DNA of 63,584 nt, counting the filler, from Acidimicrobiia bacterium (GTDB lineage Bacteria; Actinomycetota; Acidimicrobiia; Spongiisociales; JAENVV01): assembly GCA_041577335.1 (NCBI GenBank). It is 6 parts of 4 records of this genome, joined end to end, with 100 filler letters (N's around TTAATTAATTAA, not from the genome) between each part and the next. Parts side by side here need not be neighbours in the genome. Positions count along the whole stretch, not along the records: positions 28,401 to 59,074 come from JBFGJH010000038.1; 5 more parts are not named here. One strand, given 5' to 3'. The position numbers and the translations under genes were made by a program. The notes below the pieces were generated by a model. The model was not told the DNA's origin. It searched no databases and saw only the letters and a list, made by a program, of their open reading frames with translations. Below, in pieces: positions 29,615 through 40,593 of the stretch; the stretch's first letter is position 1, and each line of letters opens with the position of its first letter.

Positions 29615-31411
29615 ATGTCGATACGCAATTTCTGCATCATTGCGCATATCGACCACGGCAAGTCGACGCTCGCCGATCGCCTCATGGAGAGGACAGGTGC
29701 AGTCACCGAGCGCGAGATGCGCGAACAACTCCTCGACACGATGGATATCGAGCGTGAGCGCGGCATCACCATCAAAGCCCAATCGGTGCGGCTGAGCTAC
29801 TCCGACCCGGCCGGTGTCGATCACACTCTCAATCTCATCGACACGCCTGGGCACGTCGACTTCAGCTACGAGGTGTCGCGTTCCTTGGCGGCTTGTGAGG
29901 GGGCGGTGTTGCTCGTCGACGCCGCCCAGGGTGTGCAGGCACAGACCCTTGCCAACGCATACCTGGCAATCGAAGCGGGACTGGAGATCATCCCGGTGCT
30001 CAACAAGATCGATCTCCCTGCTGCCGACCCCGAGCGCGTGGGAGCAGAGGTCGCCGCGATCATCGGATGCGACCCGGCCGAGATCTTGGCGGTGTCAGCA
30101 AAGACAGGGGAGGGCGTCGACGACCTACTCGACCGCATCGTTCGTGATGTGCCGCCTCCCGGCGGCTCGGCGGATGCGCCGCTGCGAGCCCTCGTTTACG
30201 ACAGCTACTTCGACTCCTATCGGGGGGTCGTGTGCTCGGTCCGGATCGTGGATGGCCATCTCGGCCGTGACGAGGAGATCCGGTTCATGGCGACCGGTGA
30301 CCGGTCCAACGTCAGCGAGATCGGCGTTCTCACGCCGAGAGCCAAGCCCATGACGCGGCTGTCGGCGGGCGAAGCCGGGTACCTCATCACCGGGGTCAAG
30401 GAGCTCGATCGGATCAAGGTGGGTGACACCATCACCAGCGTTCGTCACGGCGCTTCGGAGCCGCTGCTGGGTTATCAAGAGCCAAAGCCGATGGTCTTTT
30501 CGGGGCTCTTTCCTGCGGACGGTGACGAATTCGAGCGCCTCCGCGAGGCGCTCGAGAAGCTCCAACTCAACGACGCTTCGCTGATCTACGAGCCCGAGAC
30601 GTCCCGGGCTCTCGGGTTTGGGTTTCGGTGTGGCTTCCTGGGCCTGCTGCACATGGAAATCGTGCGGGAGCGCCTCGAGCGCGAATACGACCTCGACCTC
30701 GTCGCCACCGCTCCGTCGGTCGCGTATCGCGTCCACGGCACCGATGGGGCGATCACCGAGATCAGATCGCCGCAAGACCTGCCGGAAGCCAACAAGCGCG
30801 AGCTGCTGGAAGAGCCCTACGTGCGGGCGATGATCATTTCCCCGTCCGAGTACATCGGGCCGATCATGGAGTTGACGCAGACTCGACGTGGCCAGTTGGT
30901 TCACATGAACTATCTCTCACCCGAGCGGGTAGAGCTCGTCTACAACCTGCCGCTTGGAGAAGTCGTGTTCGACTTCTTTGACCAGCTCAAGTCCCGAACG
31001 CGCGGGTACGCATCGCTCGACTACGAGCCGAGTGACTACCGGGCCTCCGACCTCGTGAAGGTCGACATTCTGCTCGCCGGCCAGGCGGTTGATGCGTTCT
31101 CAGCGATTGTGCATCGTGACAAGGCGCAGGCCTATGGGAAACAGATGGTGGAGAGACTCAGGGAGCTCATTCCTCGCCAGATGTTCGACGTACCCATCCA
31201 GGCGGCCGTCGGTTCCAAAGTCATCTCACGGGAAACGGTCAAGGCCCGCCGGAAGGACGTATTGGCCAAGTGTTACGGCGGTGATGTCAGCCGGAAGCGA
31301 AAACTTCTCGAGCGCCAGAAGGAAGGCAAGAAGCGCATGAAGATGGTCGGTTCCGTCGAGGTGCCGCAAGAGGCCTTCATTGCTGCGCTGCGAGTCGACT
31401 CCGACTCATGA
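29615..31411 (+). CDS. lepA: Elongation factor 4
   Basis: [43 protein letters not shown]. Confidence 0.99.
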   Translation: MSIRNFCIIAHIDHGKSTLADRLMERTGAVTEREMREQLLDTMDIERERGITIKAQSVRLSYSDPAGVDHTLNLIDTPGHVDFSYEVSRSLAACEGAVLLVDAAQGVQAQTLANAYLAIEAGLEIIPVLNKIDLPAADPERVGAEVAAIIGCDPAEILAVSAKTGEGVDDLLDRIVRDVPPPGGSADAPLRALVYDSYFDSYRGVVCSVRIVDGHLGRDEEIRFMATGDRSNVSEIGVLTPRAKPMTRLSAGEAGYLITGVKELDRIKVGDTITSVRHGASEPLLGYQEPKPMVFSGLFPADGDEFERLREALEKLQLNDASLIYEPETSRALGFGFRCGFLGLLHMEIVRERLEREYDLDLVATAPSVAYRVHGTDGAITEIRSPQDLPEANKRELLEEPYVRAMIISPSEYIGPIMELTQTRRGQLVHMNYLSPERVELVYNLPLGEVVFDFFDQLKSRTRGYASLDYEPSDYRASDLVKVDILLAGQAVDAFSAIVHRDKAQAYGKQMVERLRELIPRQMFDVPIQAAVGSKVISRETVKARRKDVLAKCYGGDVSRKRKLLERQKEGKKRMKMVGSVEVPQEAFIAALRVDSDS

Positions 31412-32628
31412 CCCTTCCCCCCGACTCGGCGGCGTTGGCCGAGCGTGCCGCGACGTGGAACTCGGCGTATGTCCACATCCCGTTTTGTCATCGTATCTGC
31501 CCGTACTGCGACTTTGCAGTGGTGGCCGGGCGTTCGGAATTGGTAGATCGGTACGTTGCTGCGGTTGTAAGGGAAATCCGGCGCGATGACCCTCGTGGGC
31601 CGCTTGATGCGATCTTTGTCGGTGGCGGCACACCGTCCCGCCTGAATGTTGCGCTCCTGGCCGAGATCCTCGACGCTCTCGACGGGACTCACGGGATCGC
31701 AGGCGACGCCGAGATCACCACTGAGGCGAACCCCGAGGACTGGGAGGCATCGTATAGCGATGGCGTCGCTGCGGCAGGTTTCACACGGGTGAGCCTCGGT
31801 GTCCAATCATTCGACTCGAAGGTGCTCGAGGCGCTGGGCCGCGTTCACACCGCGGATCAGGCAATTCGGTCGATCCGCAATGCCCGGGCCGGCCGCTTTG
31901 CCTCGGTGAACGTCGATCTCATTTTCGGGACTCCGGGCGAGTCGGTGCAGTCATGGGCGAAGTCGGTGGCCACTGCTCTCGGAGAAGGTGTCGACCACCT
32001 CTCTACGTACGGCCTCACGGTGGAACGGGGGACCAAGCTCAGCCGGGAGGTCGCCGCCGGAGCTCCCGCCCCCGACGAAGACGACCAGGCCACCAAGTGG
32101 GAACTGGCCGACGAGGCGATCAAGCAGGCAGGCATGGTCCGCTACGAGGTCTCCAACGCCGCCTCGCTTGCGCACCCGTGCCGCTACAACCTGTCGACGT
32201 GGGCGCAGGGCGACTATGCGGGATACGGCATGGGTGCCCACGGGCATCGCGCCGGCACCCGGTCTCGAAACTACCGGCGTTTGGAGGCATACCTGGAGGC
32301 CGTCGAAGCGGGGCGGATGCCCATCCAGGGTCAGGAAACACTCCCCAGCCACGATCGGGAGGTCGAGCGGCTCATGTTGGGTCTTCGGAGGACAGCCGGG
32401 GTGGAGCCAGGGGTGGGAGGCGCCCGGCTCCTGGCGTCTGCAGAAGGCCGGCGCCTCGCCGATGCCGGCGTGATCGCCCTACGGCACGGTCGCCTGATTG
32501 TCGAGCGACCCCTGTTGACGGATGCCGCCATACGGGCCGTGATGGCGCTCGAGGATATTGCTGACGCCGCCGCCCATCGGGGTGGTGGGGGAGTCGAACC
32601 GGTGGCCGACGAGTCACCGGCTTCTTAG
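31408..32628 (+). CDS. hemW: Radical SAM heme chaperone HemW
   Basis: [31 protein letters not shown]; lepA-hrcA context. Confidence 0.92.
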   Translation: MTLPPDSAALAERAATWNSAYVHIPFCHRICPYCDFAVVAGRSELVDRYVAAVVREIRRDDPRGPLDAIFVGGGTPSRLNVALLAEILDALDGTHGIAGDAEITTEANPEDWEASYSDGVAAAGFTRVSLGVQSFDSKVLEALGRVHTADQAIRSIRNARAGRFASVNVDLIFGTPGESVQSWAKSVATALGEGVDHLSTYGLTVERGTKLSREVAAGAPAPDEDDQATKWELADEAIKQAGMVRYEVSNAASLAHPCRYNLSTWAQGDYAGYGMGAHGHRAGTRSRNYRRLEAYLEAVEAGRMPIQGQETLPSHDREVERLMLGLRRTAGVEPGVGGARLLASAEGRRLADAGVIALRHGRLIVERPLLTDAAIRAVMALEDIADAAAHRGGGGVEPVADESPAS

Positions 32629-32651
32629 CACTCTCGCCACGCGACTGCTAA
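32625..32651. promoter_or_regulatory. CIRCE operator (HrcA site)
   Basis: TTAGCACTC-N9-GACTGCTAA (one mismatch to consensus) directly before hrcA. Confidence 0.92.
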
Positions 32652-32660
32652 CGTCGCGTC

Positions 32661-33659
32661 ATGTTGGATGAGCGTAAGGCCGTAGTTCTCGGCGCTCTGA
32701 TCGACGAGTACATCTCGTGTGGAGAGCCGGTCAGTTCGACCGTGGTTCTCGAAGTGAGCGGGCTCTCCGTGTCAGCCGCCACCATTCGAAATGACCTTGC
32801 CTACCTCGAGCGTGAGGGTTTTGCGGTACAACCGCATACCTCTGCGGGGCGGGTTCCTACGGCTCAGGGCTACCGCTGGTATGTGGACCATGCCGAGGCA
32901 GGGCGCCTGCGGGCACCTACGCGGGTCCGAATCCACGACTTCTTCTCGACGGTGCAAATGGAGTTGGGTCGGCTTCTGAAAGCCACGAGTGATCTCGTCT
33001 CGGAAGTCACCACCTACCCAGCAATCATCACTGGGCCCGGCCTCCGGGGAGACACCTTGCGTGGCACCCACCTCGTCCAGCTGGGCGCCCATTCCCTGCT
33101 CGTCGTCCTCGTGACCAACCAAGGAAGGGTGACCCAGGAGGTAATCCACCTACCGGATGAGGTCGGCCCCGACCTCGTCGACGCGGCGTCGGAGCTCCTT
33201 GCCGGTCTGATCGTCGGCAAGCCGCTCGATCGACTCGAAGACGAGGTGGACGGCGCGCTGGCGGGCGTCAGCAAACCGGTTGCCAACATTGTTCATCAGG
33301 GCATCAGCGTTTTGGAGAGGTCGCAGGAAGCCACTCGCGAGCTGTATATCGGCGGCACATCGCGCATGGCTTCGATCTGGGAGGACCTGCAATCCGTGCA
33401 CCGCGTACTCGAGGTGCTGGAGCGCGAGGCGATGGTGTTGAGCTTGGTCAGCGGGTTGACTCCCGGCACAACGATCCAAATCGGAGAGGAAATCCCCGTC
33501 GAAGGCGCCGAGGACCTGGCCATGGTCGCCGCCAACTATGAGTTGGGTGAGACGGGGGGGACTATCGGAGTGCTCGGCCCCATGCGCATGGACTATCGCC
33601 GGACGATCTCGATCGTCGAGGAAGTCCGCGATAACCTGGCTGACCGACTCGGTTCCTAG
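32661..33659 (+). CDS. hrcA: Heat-inducible repressor HrcA
   Basis: EPVSS, SAATIRNDL, QPHTSAGRVPT, GVLGPMRMDY. Confidence 0.97.
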   Translation: MLDERKAVVLGALIDEYISCGEPVSSTVVLEVSGLSVSAATIRNDLAYLEREGFAVQPHTSAGRVPTAQGYRWYVDHAEAGRLRAPTRVRIHDFFSTVQMELGRLLKATSDLVSEVTTYPAIITGPGLRGDTLRGTHLVQLGAHSLLVVLVTNQGRVTQEVIHLPDEVGPDLVDAASELLAGLIVGKPLDRLEDEVDGALAGVSKPVANIVHQGISVLERSQEATRELYIGGTSRMASIWEDLQSVHRVLEVLEREAMVLSLVSGLTPGTTIQIGEEIPVEGAEDLAMVAANYELGETGGTIGVLGPMRMDYRRTISIVEEVRDNLADRLGS

Positions 33660-33673
33660 GAGGGCCGCTGCCG

Positions 33674-34741
33674 ATGCCCAAGGACTATTACCGCACGCTT
33701 GGCGTTTCTGAGAGTGCTACTCCCGAAGATCTGAAGAAGGCGTTTCGACGCCTCGCTCGAGACTCACATCCTGACGCCAACCCTGACGACCCCACCGCCG
33801 AGGCGAGATTCCGTGAGATCGCCGAGGCATATGAAGTGCTGTCGGATCCCGACAAGCGCCGCGCATATGACAGAGGCGAGACGCTGGACTTCGGCGACCT
33901 CCTGTCCGGTTTTGGTCTCGACGACTTGCTGCGAACGGTGTTTGGCGACGGCGGGATCTTCGGGGGAGGCCGCAACTCGAACCGACGAGGTCGCGATCTC
34001 ATGGTGACCGCCAAGATCACGCTCGAGGAAGCTGCGTTCGGGACAACTACGGAGATCTCGTATCGCGCCGCCGGGAGCTGTGAGACGTGCAACGGCACCG
34101 GAGCGGCCCCGGGCACGACCGCCTCGACGTGTCCACAGTGCCAGGGTGCCGGTGCGGTTCGTGCAGCTCGCCGAACCGTGTTCGGCACCATGATGAGCGT
34201 CGCCGATTGCGACGTGTGCGATGGCGCAGGAACCATCATCGAACAGCGTTGCAAGCCGTGCGGTGGCCGTGGATCGGTGGTCGGGCCCCGCGAGGTGCGG
34301 GTCGAGATTCCCGCCGGCGTCGCCGAAGGCACGCGCCTGCGGCTGACAGGCCAGGGTGAGGCAGGCGAACGAGGAGCGGGGCGGGGCGATTTGTACGTCG
34401 AGATTGCTGTCACGCCGCACGAAGCCTTCGTACGCTCGGGGGATGATCTTCTTCATCGTGCGCCGCTCGGTGTGGCCCAGGCAGCGCTCGGTGCCACGAT
34501 CGAAATCCCTCACATCGACGGCACCAGCCAAGAGCTCAAGATTCCACCAGGCACCCAGCCTGGCGCAACGTTTTCGTTTCCCGGGATGGGCATGACCCGG
34601 CTGGGGAGACGTGGTAGAGGGGACCTGATTGTGGAAGCTCGCGTCGTGGTGCCCACGAAGCTGAGCGGTGCTGCCAAGCGGGCTCTCCAAGCGTACGCAG
34701 CGGAAGTCGACGAAGTAACCGGCCGCAGGCGTCGCACCTGA
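33674..34741 (+). CDS. dnaJ: Chaperone DnaJ (DnaJ2 locus)
   Basis: J domain with HPD, four CxxCxGxG repeats, C-terminal domain. Confidence 0.96.
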   Translation: MPKDYYRTLGVSESATPEDLKKAFRRLARDSHPDANPDDPTAEARFREIAEAYEVLSDPDKRRAYDRGETLDFGDLLSGFGLDDLLRTVFGDGGIFGGGRNSNRRGRDLMVTAKITLEEAAFGTTTEISYRAAGSCETCNGTGAAPGTTASTCPQCQGAGAVRAARRTVFGTMMSVADCDVCDGAGTIIEQRCKPCGGRGSVVGPREVRVEIPAGVAEGTRLRLTGQGEAGERGAGRGDLYVEIAVTPHEAFVRSGDDLLHRAPLGVAQAALGATIEIPHIDGTSQELKIPPGTQPGATFSFPGMGMTRLGRRGRGDLIVEARVVVPTKLSGAAKRALQAYAAEVDEVTGRRRRT

Positions 34742-34744
34742 GCC

Positions 34745-35395
34745 GTGGGACACGTTCCGGTGGTCTACGTTCCGGCGCCCTGGACCGGTGAATCCCTGCC
34801 GGTGGACGACGGTCAGCAGCGGCATCTGGTCAAGGTGCTCCGCAAGAGGCCCGGAGAGACGATCCAATACACCGATGGACTGGGGATCGCCGGCACCGGG
34901 ACGTTGGATACCCAAGGGATTCTCCGAGGAAATGAACGATCCGTTCGCCGGTCATCGAACGTTGCCGTGTACCTGGCTGCTCCCAAGGCGAAGGAGCGGC
35001 AGCGCTTTGCTGTTGAAAAGCTGGTGGAGATAGGAGTCGCCACGATTGGCTGGCTCGACACAGTTCATGGCGAGGGTCGCGCGATTCGCCCAGAGAAAGC
35101 CCAGTCGTGGGCCATCTCGGCCTTGGAGCAATCGCGGGGCGCATGGCTGCCCACTTTGCGTGACAGATGCCACATCGCAGAAATCCTCGATTGGCACTCA
35201 CGCGTTGTCGCCGCAGATCAGGGCGGTCGCCGCGATATCGCCGGAGGCTCTGAGGTTGCCTTGTTGGTCGGCCCCGAGGCTGGTTGGGCGGATGGGGAAC
35301 TGCCCGAGTCGGTCGAAAGGATGTCCTTGGCAGACTCCGTGCTCCGTACGGAAACGGCGGCACTGGTGGGAGCCGTCCATCTGTTGTACTCTTGA
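34745..35395 (+). CDS. rsmE: 16S rRNA m3U1498 methyltransferase
   Basis: HLVKVLR, EKLVEIGV, EQSR, VGPEAGW, VLRTETAA. Confidence 0.93.
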   Translation: MGHVPVVYVPAPWTGESLPVDDGQQRHLVKVLRKRPGETIQYTDGLGIAGTGTLDTQGILRGNERSVRRSSNVAVYLAAPKAKERQRFAVEKLVEIGVATIGWLDTVHGEGRAIRPEKAQSWAISALEQSRGAWLPTLRDRCHIAEILDWHSRVVAADQGGRRDIAGGSEVALLVGPEAGWADGELPESVERMSLADSVLRTETAALVGAVHLLYS

Positions 35396-35463
35396 CCACG
35401 GTCAGTGATCCTCTCGCGCGGAAGATGTTTTGCTAACCTGCCCGAGAGCCAGGAGGGGTTCGC

Positions 35464-35952
35464 GTGTCAACTACCTATAACGAGACGGTGGGGCGTCGGC
35501 TTCGATCGATCCGAAAGCAGAAGGGTCTTTCGCTTCAAGATGTCGAAGCCGAAAGCGCGCAGGAATTCAAGGCATCGGTACTAGGGGCTTACGAACGGGG
35601 TGAACGAAGTCTGTCCCTACCTCGGATGCAACGGTTGGCGTCCTTCTATGGGGTGCCAGTAGACCAGCTGCTGCCTGATGACGGGCGGTCGCAGAGTGCT
35701 GGGATTCCAGCATGGAACTCGGGAGGGATCCAGATCGATCTGTCGGCGGTGGAAACCGCAACCGGCACGTCGGCTGCAATCCTCGAACGGTTTCTGAAGG
35801 CGATCCAGATCATGCGGCAGGACTTCAATGGTCGGGTGCTGACGATTCGTCGGTCCGACCTGCGGCTGTTGGCCGGCCTGCTCGAGGAGTCGGAATCCTC
35901 GATTGGGGCGGTGCTGGAGTCGTTGGGCGTCGCAGGCTCTGCGACCGACTAG
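35464..35952 (+). CDS. bldD: BldD-family XRE transcriptional regulator
   Basis: XRE HTH (GAYERGER..FYGVPVDQLLP) plus C-terminal RQDFNGRVLTIRRSDL, collinear with Streptomyces BldD. Confidence 0.88.
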   Translation: MSTTYNETVGRRLRSIRKQKGLSLQDVEAESAQEFKASVLGAYERGERSLSLPRMQRLASFYGVPVDQLLPDDGRSQSAGIPAWNSGGIQIDLSAVETATGTSAAILERFLKAIQIMRQDFNGRVLTIRRSDLRLLAGLLEESESSIGAVLESLGVAGSATD

Positions 35953-36372
35953 TCAGATTCCCGACTCGAATCCGGCTGCCCGTAAGGCGGCCGTGATTCG
36001 GGCGGAATCTTCATCGAGTTGCTCCGGGGTGATTGACGCGTCTGCGTTGGCAAAGTCCATGTCGGCCATGGTGTCGATTGGAATCACATGGATGTGCAGG
36101 TGGGGGATCTCGAATCCCGCCACCATGGTGCCAACTCGAGACGGCTCATACGCAGTTTGCACAGCAACGCCGATCTTGCGAGCGACCTCGGAGAGATGAC
36201 CCCAAAGTTGCGGATCGGCGTCGATCCAATGGTTGATCTCTTCTCGCGGCACGACCAGCACGTGCCCGCGTCGGATAGGGGCAATTGTCAGGAAAGCGAC
36301 ACAACGGTCGTCGGTCCATACAAAACGACCGTCGAGGTCTCCATTGATGATCTTCGAGAACAGGGTTGGCAT
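35953..36372 (-). CDS. HIT-family hydrolase
   Basis: TLFSKII, GHVLVVP, HLHIHVIP triad. Confidence 0.93.
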   Translation of the reverse strand: MPTLFSKIINGDLDGRFVWTDDRCVAFLTIAPIRRGHVLVVPREEINHWIDADPQLWGHLSEVARKIGVAVQTAYEPSRVGTMVAGFEIPHLHIHVIPIDTMADMDFANADASITPEQLDEDSARITAALRAAGFESGI

Positions 36373-36476
36373 GAGGGGAATGCTACCGACAGGAACTCAC
36401 CCATGGTTGCGAACGTTTTCTGGCCATGAGCGATGGGGCCGGTATACTGACCACTTCTTCCTTCCCAGAGGATTTC

Positions 36477-37460
36477 TTGCTTCCTACTGACGCTGAAGCG
36501 CGTATCCAGGTTCCCCGTTCCGACATGGTCATCAACCTCGTCGGCCAGCACGACGCGCACATTCGAGCGCTCGAACAGCACTATCCGAATACGCGGATCA
36601 TCGGTCGCGGGAACGAGATCGTGTTGAGTGGCCCCTCTCGAGAGGTCGCCCAAGCAGAGAAGACAATCAACGAAATGATCGCTCTCCTGGTTGATGGACA
36701 GCAGCTCGACGAAGACCGCGTGCGCAGGCTGGTCGACATGGTCAGCTCCGACGTGCCGAGTCCCGCCGAAGTCTTCTCCGGCGGTATCCCGGTTGCTCGG
36801 GGCCGACTGATACGACCAAAGACGCTGGGACAGCGCACCTACATGGATGCCATCGCCGAACACACCGTTGTCTTCGGCATTGGGCCGGCCGGAACCGGCA
36901 AGACCTATCTGGCCATGGCGGCGGCTGTCGAGGCGCTCCGCTCAGGAGCGGTGCGCAGGATCCTGCTGACGAGGCCGGCAGTTGAGGCCGGAGAACGTCT
37001 CGGCTTTCTTCCCGGGGATCTCGCCGCCAAAGTCGACCCATATCTGCGACCGCTGTATGACGCTCTCTACGACATGTTGGGCCCAGATGAGACGGTGGCC
37101 CTCATGGACAAGGGGGTCATCGAGATCGCTCCGCTGGCCTACATGCGAGGCCGGACCCTCAATGACGCCTACATCATCCTCGACGAGGCGCAGAACACCT
37201 CGCCCGAGCAGATGAAGATGTTCCTCACGAGGCTCGGATTCAACTCGCGCATGGTCGTGACCGGTGACGTCACGCAGGTTGACCTTCCCAACGGAAAGGC
37301 GTCTGGTTTGCGCAAGGTTCGCGGGATCCTGGGGGACATCGACGGGATTGTCTTCATCGAGCTTTCCTCCAAAGATGTGGTCAGGGCGCGTATCGTGGCG
37401 GATATCGTGGACGCCTACGAGCGTTACGAAGGCCAAGAACCCCAGGGGAAGCCGCAATGA
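36477..37460 (+). CDS. phoH: PhoH-family ATPase (YbeZ-like)
   Basis: GPAGTGKT, RPAVEAGE, YMRGRT, LDEAQN; TTG 36477 with AGAGGA RBS (alternative 36426). Confidence 0.95.
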   Translation: MLPTDAEARIQVPRSDMVINLVGQHDAHIRALEQHYPNTRIIGRGNEIVLSGPSREVAQAEKTINEMIALLVDGQQLDEDRVRRLVDMVSSDVPSPAEVFSGGIPVARGRLIRPKTLGQRTYMDAIAEHTVVFGIGPAGTGKTYLAMAAAVEALRSGAVRRILLTRPAVEAGERLGFLPGDLAAKVDPYLRPLYDALYDMLGPDETVALMDKGVIEIAPLAYMRGRTLNDAYIILDEAQNTSPEQMKMFLTRLGFNSRMVVTGDVTQVDLPNGKASGLRKVRGILGDIDGIVFIELSSKDVVRARIVADIVDAYERYEGQEPQGKPQ

Positions 37461-40132
37461 CGAGAGCATCATTTCTTTTCTCGCGCGTTGCCATCATCGT
37501 GCTCACCATTGCCGGGATCTGGGGCGCGGTCGCTTGGAACCAGACCCAGGCCCGGGTCGTTGTCGAAATCGGGGAACCGTCCCCGGAACGCTTCGTGGCA
37601 ACCGAGGACGTCATCGGGATCCAAGATCAAGCTGCCACCGCCGCAGCCCAGGAAGTGGCAGCCGAAGCAGTAGAGCCGATCTTCGTCACTGCGCCAGAGA
37701 TCAACGATTCGGTTCGCGAGAACATCATCCAGCTCTTCGACGACATCAAAGCCAATGTGCCAATCGCCGATCCGGTGTTGGCGGTGGACTATGTAGACCC
37801 GTTTGAGGGTCTGCCTGATGCCGACGAGTCCGAGGCGGATGCTGCTCAAACAGAGGATTCCACAACCACGACCGCTCCGCCGAACCGGATATTCGCATCG
37901 GGCAGGCTCTACCTGGATCTCGATGGCGACGGATTGTTCTCCGAGGAACTCGGCGATGTTCCACTCCCGGATGTCGAAGTTCGGCTCACCGACGCGGAGG
38001 GCACCGTCACGAGAGTCTCCTCGGACCAGCTCGGATTCTTCTCTGCTGACGTAGAGGTCGAAGGGCCGCTCCTCGTGGAGGTGGCCACCGGCGATCCGCA
38101 ATTCCCGGACTCCTTCGGGTTGTCCACGAACAACAACCCTCAGATCATTCTCGACACGACCGACGATACGGTGGATCTCTCGTCGATCGGCTTCACGCCC
38201 GCCGTCACGGCGGCTGATATCCAGATCGGCCGCCTGGAAGAGGTGTACCCGATCTTCGTCGATGACGCGACCATCCCAACGCTGGTGGCGCTCGCGACCG
38301 GCGATGTCACTCGCGCCGCGGTCGGTGAGGAAGGCCGCCTCGACGTCGTCGAGGCGAAAGCTATCGAGCGGGCCAACCAGGCACTGAGCGGTGGCATTTC
38401 GGCAGAGCAACTCAGCCAGGCTCGCCAGCAGGTGCTCGAGGTGAAGCCCCTGATCTTCTTCGACAACCAGATCGATATTGACGCAGAGGCGGCGGCCGCG
38501 GATGTGGTTGCCACCAATCTCGTTCCCAACCTGGTACTCGATACCGACCGAACTGAGCTAGCTCAATCGGAGGCAGCGGCGGCAGTCGAGCCGGTTCTGG
38601 TCGATTTCCGGGCGGGAGAGACCCTCGTCGACGAAGGCGAACGAGTCTCCGCCGTGCAACTCGAAGCCATCAACATGCTCGAGCTGTTGCGTCCCGATGG
38701 GTTCCAGTACGCAGGTATGGCGTCAGTCGCCACTGTCTTGGTGCTGTTGGTCATGCTGTACCTCGCACGATTCCGCCCGGGTTTCTGGCATTCGACGCAG
38801 CGCCTCAGCCTGTTTTCGTTGCTGATGGTCCTTGCCGCCGTTGCCGTACGGCTCTCCGACGAGATCGAGGCCATCGCGCCAAGCCTGGCGGGATTTGGCG
38901 GCTACGCCATTCCGGCAGCGGGCTTCGGCTTCGTCGTCGCCATCCTGTTCGACGGGAGAATGGCTGTGCTGATGGCCATTTCGATCGGGGTGATCACCGC
39001 CGTGGCCACCTTCGATCCAGGTTTCACCACCTATGCCATGCTGTCGGCGATTGGTCCCATTCCGTTTGTTTCGTCGATCTCCACCCGGGCCGACTTCCGG
39101 AGAGCATTGGTGTACGGCTCCTTGGCTGCCGCCGTGATCGCCGCCGGCACCAGCTGGTACTTCCACTCGTCACTCGTTGAAGAACTGGCGGTGTCGCAGA
39201 TCGTTACCCGAGCCTCGCTTGTGGCTCTGGTGGTGAGCCTCATCGCAACGCTGGCCGGCGGCACATCGCTGTCATTCTTCGAGGTGATGTTCGACATCAC
39301 CACGACGCTGCGGCTCCTCGACGTCACCGACCGCAATCACCCGGCGCTGCAGCTCTTACAGGACGAGGCCTGGGGTACCTTCAACCATTCGCTCATGGTG
39401 GGCTCGTTGGCGGCCAGCGCCGCCAAGGAAATCGGAGCCAACAATCTCCTCGTGTTGGCTGCTGCGTACTACCACGACCTGGGAAAGACGCAGAACCCGA
39501 AGTTCTTCATCGAAAACCAATTCGGGCAGAGCAACCCTCACGACAACCTCCCCCCCGAGGAGTCGGCAGCCATCATTCGCCAGCACGTGACCGACGGTGT
39601 GGAGCTGGCTCATCGTTATCGGATCCCCTCCGAGGTCGCAGTGGGCATTCAATGCCACCACGGCGACGGGATCATGCGCTACTTCTACGAAAAGGCCAAG
39701 GAGCAGTACGGCGAAGAGAACATCCACGTCGAAGACTATCGACACCAGGGATTCCGCCCTCGGACGCGCGAGATGGCGATTCTGATGATGGCCGATGCCC
39801 TCGAAGGCGCCACACGCGCCGTGTTCAGCGACGAAGATCCTTCGCCGGAAAAGATTCGCAAAGTCGTCGAGCGCGTGGTGGCCGAGAAGATCAATGACGG
39901 TCAGCTTTCGGCATCCGATCTCACCCTTGGGGATCTCACCGATGTGAAGGCGGCGTTTGTCGAGGCGCTGGTTGGCCACTATCACCAACGGATCCCCTAT
40001 CCGAACTTCCCGGATGCTCCGGCCATGCCGGGCGGAAGCGCCCGCCTCCCTGAGCCCGCCGGGCCGGCCGTTCCTTCGGTAGAGTCGGCATCACGCCAGC
40101 CCATCCAGACATTGCCCGAGGACAACGCTTGA
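37457..40132 (+). CDS. 7TM-HD phosphohydrolase (PgpH-like)
   Basis: N-terminal TM, large extracellular part, about 7 TMs, GTFNHS, YYHDLGK..FFIENQ, HHG, MMAD; phoH-ybeY context. Confidence 0.92.
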   Translation: MTRASFLFSRVAIIVLTIAGIWGAVAWNQTQARVVVEIGEPSPERFVATEDVIGIQDQAATAAAQEVAAEAVEPIFVTAPEINDSVRENIIQLFDDIKANVPIADPVLAVDYVDPFEGLPDADESEADAAQTEDSTTTTAPPNRIFASGRLYLDLDGDGLFSEELGDVPLPDVEVRLTDAEGTVTRVSSDQLGFFSADVEVEGPLLVEVATGDPQFPDSFGLSTNNNPQIILDTTDDTVDLSSIGFTPAVTAADIQIGRLEEVYPIFVDDATIPTLVALATGDVTRAAVGEEGRLDVVEAKAIERANQALSGGISAEQLSQARQQVLEVKPLIFFDNQIDIDAEAAAADVVATNLVPNLVLDTDRTELAQSEAAAAVEPVLVDFRAGETLVDEGERVSAVQLEAINMLELLRPDGFQYAGMASVATVLVLLVMLYLARFRPGFWHSTQRLSLFSLLMVLAAVAVRLSDEIEAIAPSLAGFGGYAIPAAGFGFVVAILFDGRMAVLMAISIGVITAVATFDPGFTTYAMLSAIGPIPFVSSISTRADFRRALVYGSLAAAVIAAGTSWYFHSSLVEELAVSQIVTRASLVALVVSLIATLAGGTSLSFFEVMFDITTTLRLLDVTDRNHPALQLLQDEAWGTFNHSLMVGSLAASAAKEIGANNLLVLAAAYYHDLGKTQNPKFFIENQFGQSNPHDNLPPEESAAIIRQHVTDGVELAHRYRIPSEVAVGIQCHHGDGIMRYFYEKAKEQYGEENIHVEDYRHQGFRPRTREMAILMMADALEGATRAVFSDEDPSPEKIRKVVERVVAEKINDGQLSASDLTLGDLTDVKAAFVEALVGHYHQRIPYPNFPDAPAMPGGSARLPEPAGPAVPSVESASRQPIQTLPEDNA

Positions 40133-40593
40133 ACATATTCCTGGCGGACGAGCAAGACGAGCCGCTGAGTACCGACACCCTATGCCGCCTGGCTGAGAAG
40201 ACGCTGGCGGCCGAGGGACTCGAAGACGAAACAGAGCTCACCCTGATGCTCGTCACCGACGAGGTCATCGCCGGCTACAACGCCCAGTTCATGAGCCGAA
40301 CGGGGCCAACCGATGTGTTGGCGTTTCCGCTCGAAACGCTCGAACCGGGAAAAAAGCCCAAGCGGGTGACCAACGGTCCGCCCGTGAATCTCGGTGATGT
40401 CATCATCGCCCCGGCATATGTCCGCGCCAACGCGAAAGCCAACGGTGTTGCGTTCGACGACGAACTGGCGCTGATGGTCGTCCACGGCATCCTCCACCTC
40501 CTCGGCTATGACCACCCTTCGGACGAGGCTGCCGAAGCGATGGAAGAGCGCGAGCGACAGATCCTTGCGCAGGTGGGAGTGCGGCGCCCGTGA
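40129..40593 (+). CDS. ybeY: rRNA maturation endoribonuclease YbeY
   Basis: PTDVLAF, LGDVII, HGILHLLGYDH. Confidence 0.96.
   Translation: MNIFLADEQDEPLSTDTLCRLAEKTLAAEGLEDETELTLMLVTDEVIAGYNAQFMSRTGPTDVLAFPLETLEPGKKPKRVTNGPPVNLGDVIIAPAYVRANAKANGVAFDDELALMVVHGILHLLGYDHPSDEAAEAMEERERQILAQVGVRRP

Noticed and set aside
35393..35406. TGACC-AC-GGTCA palindrome as a BldD box upstream of bldD
   Set aside because: Spacing is TNAC-N4-GTNA rather than the N5 I recall for BldD; too weak to call
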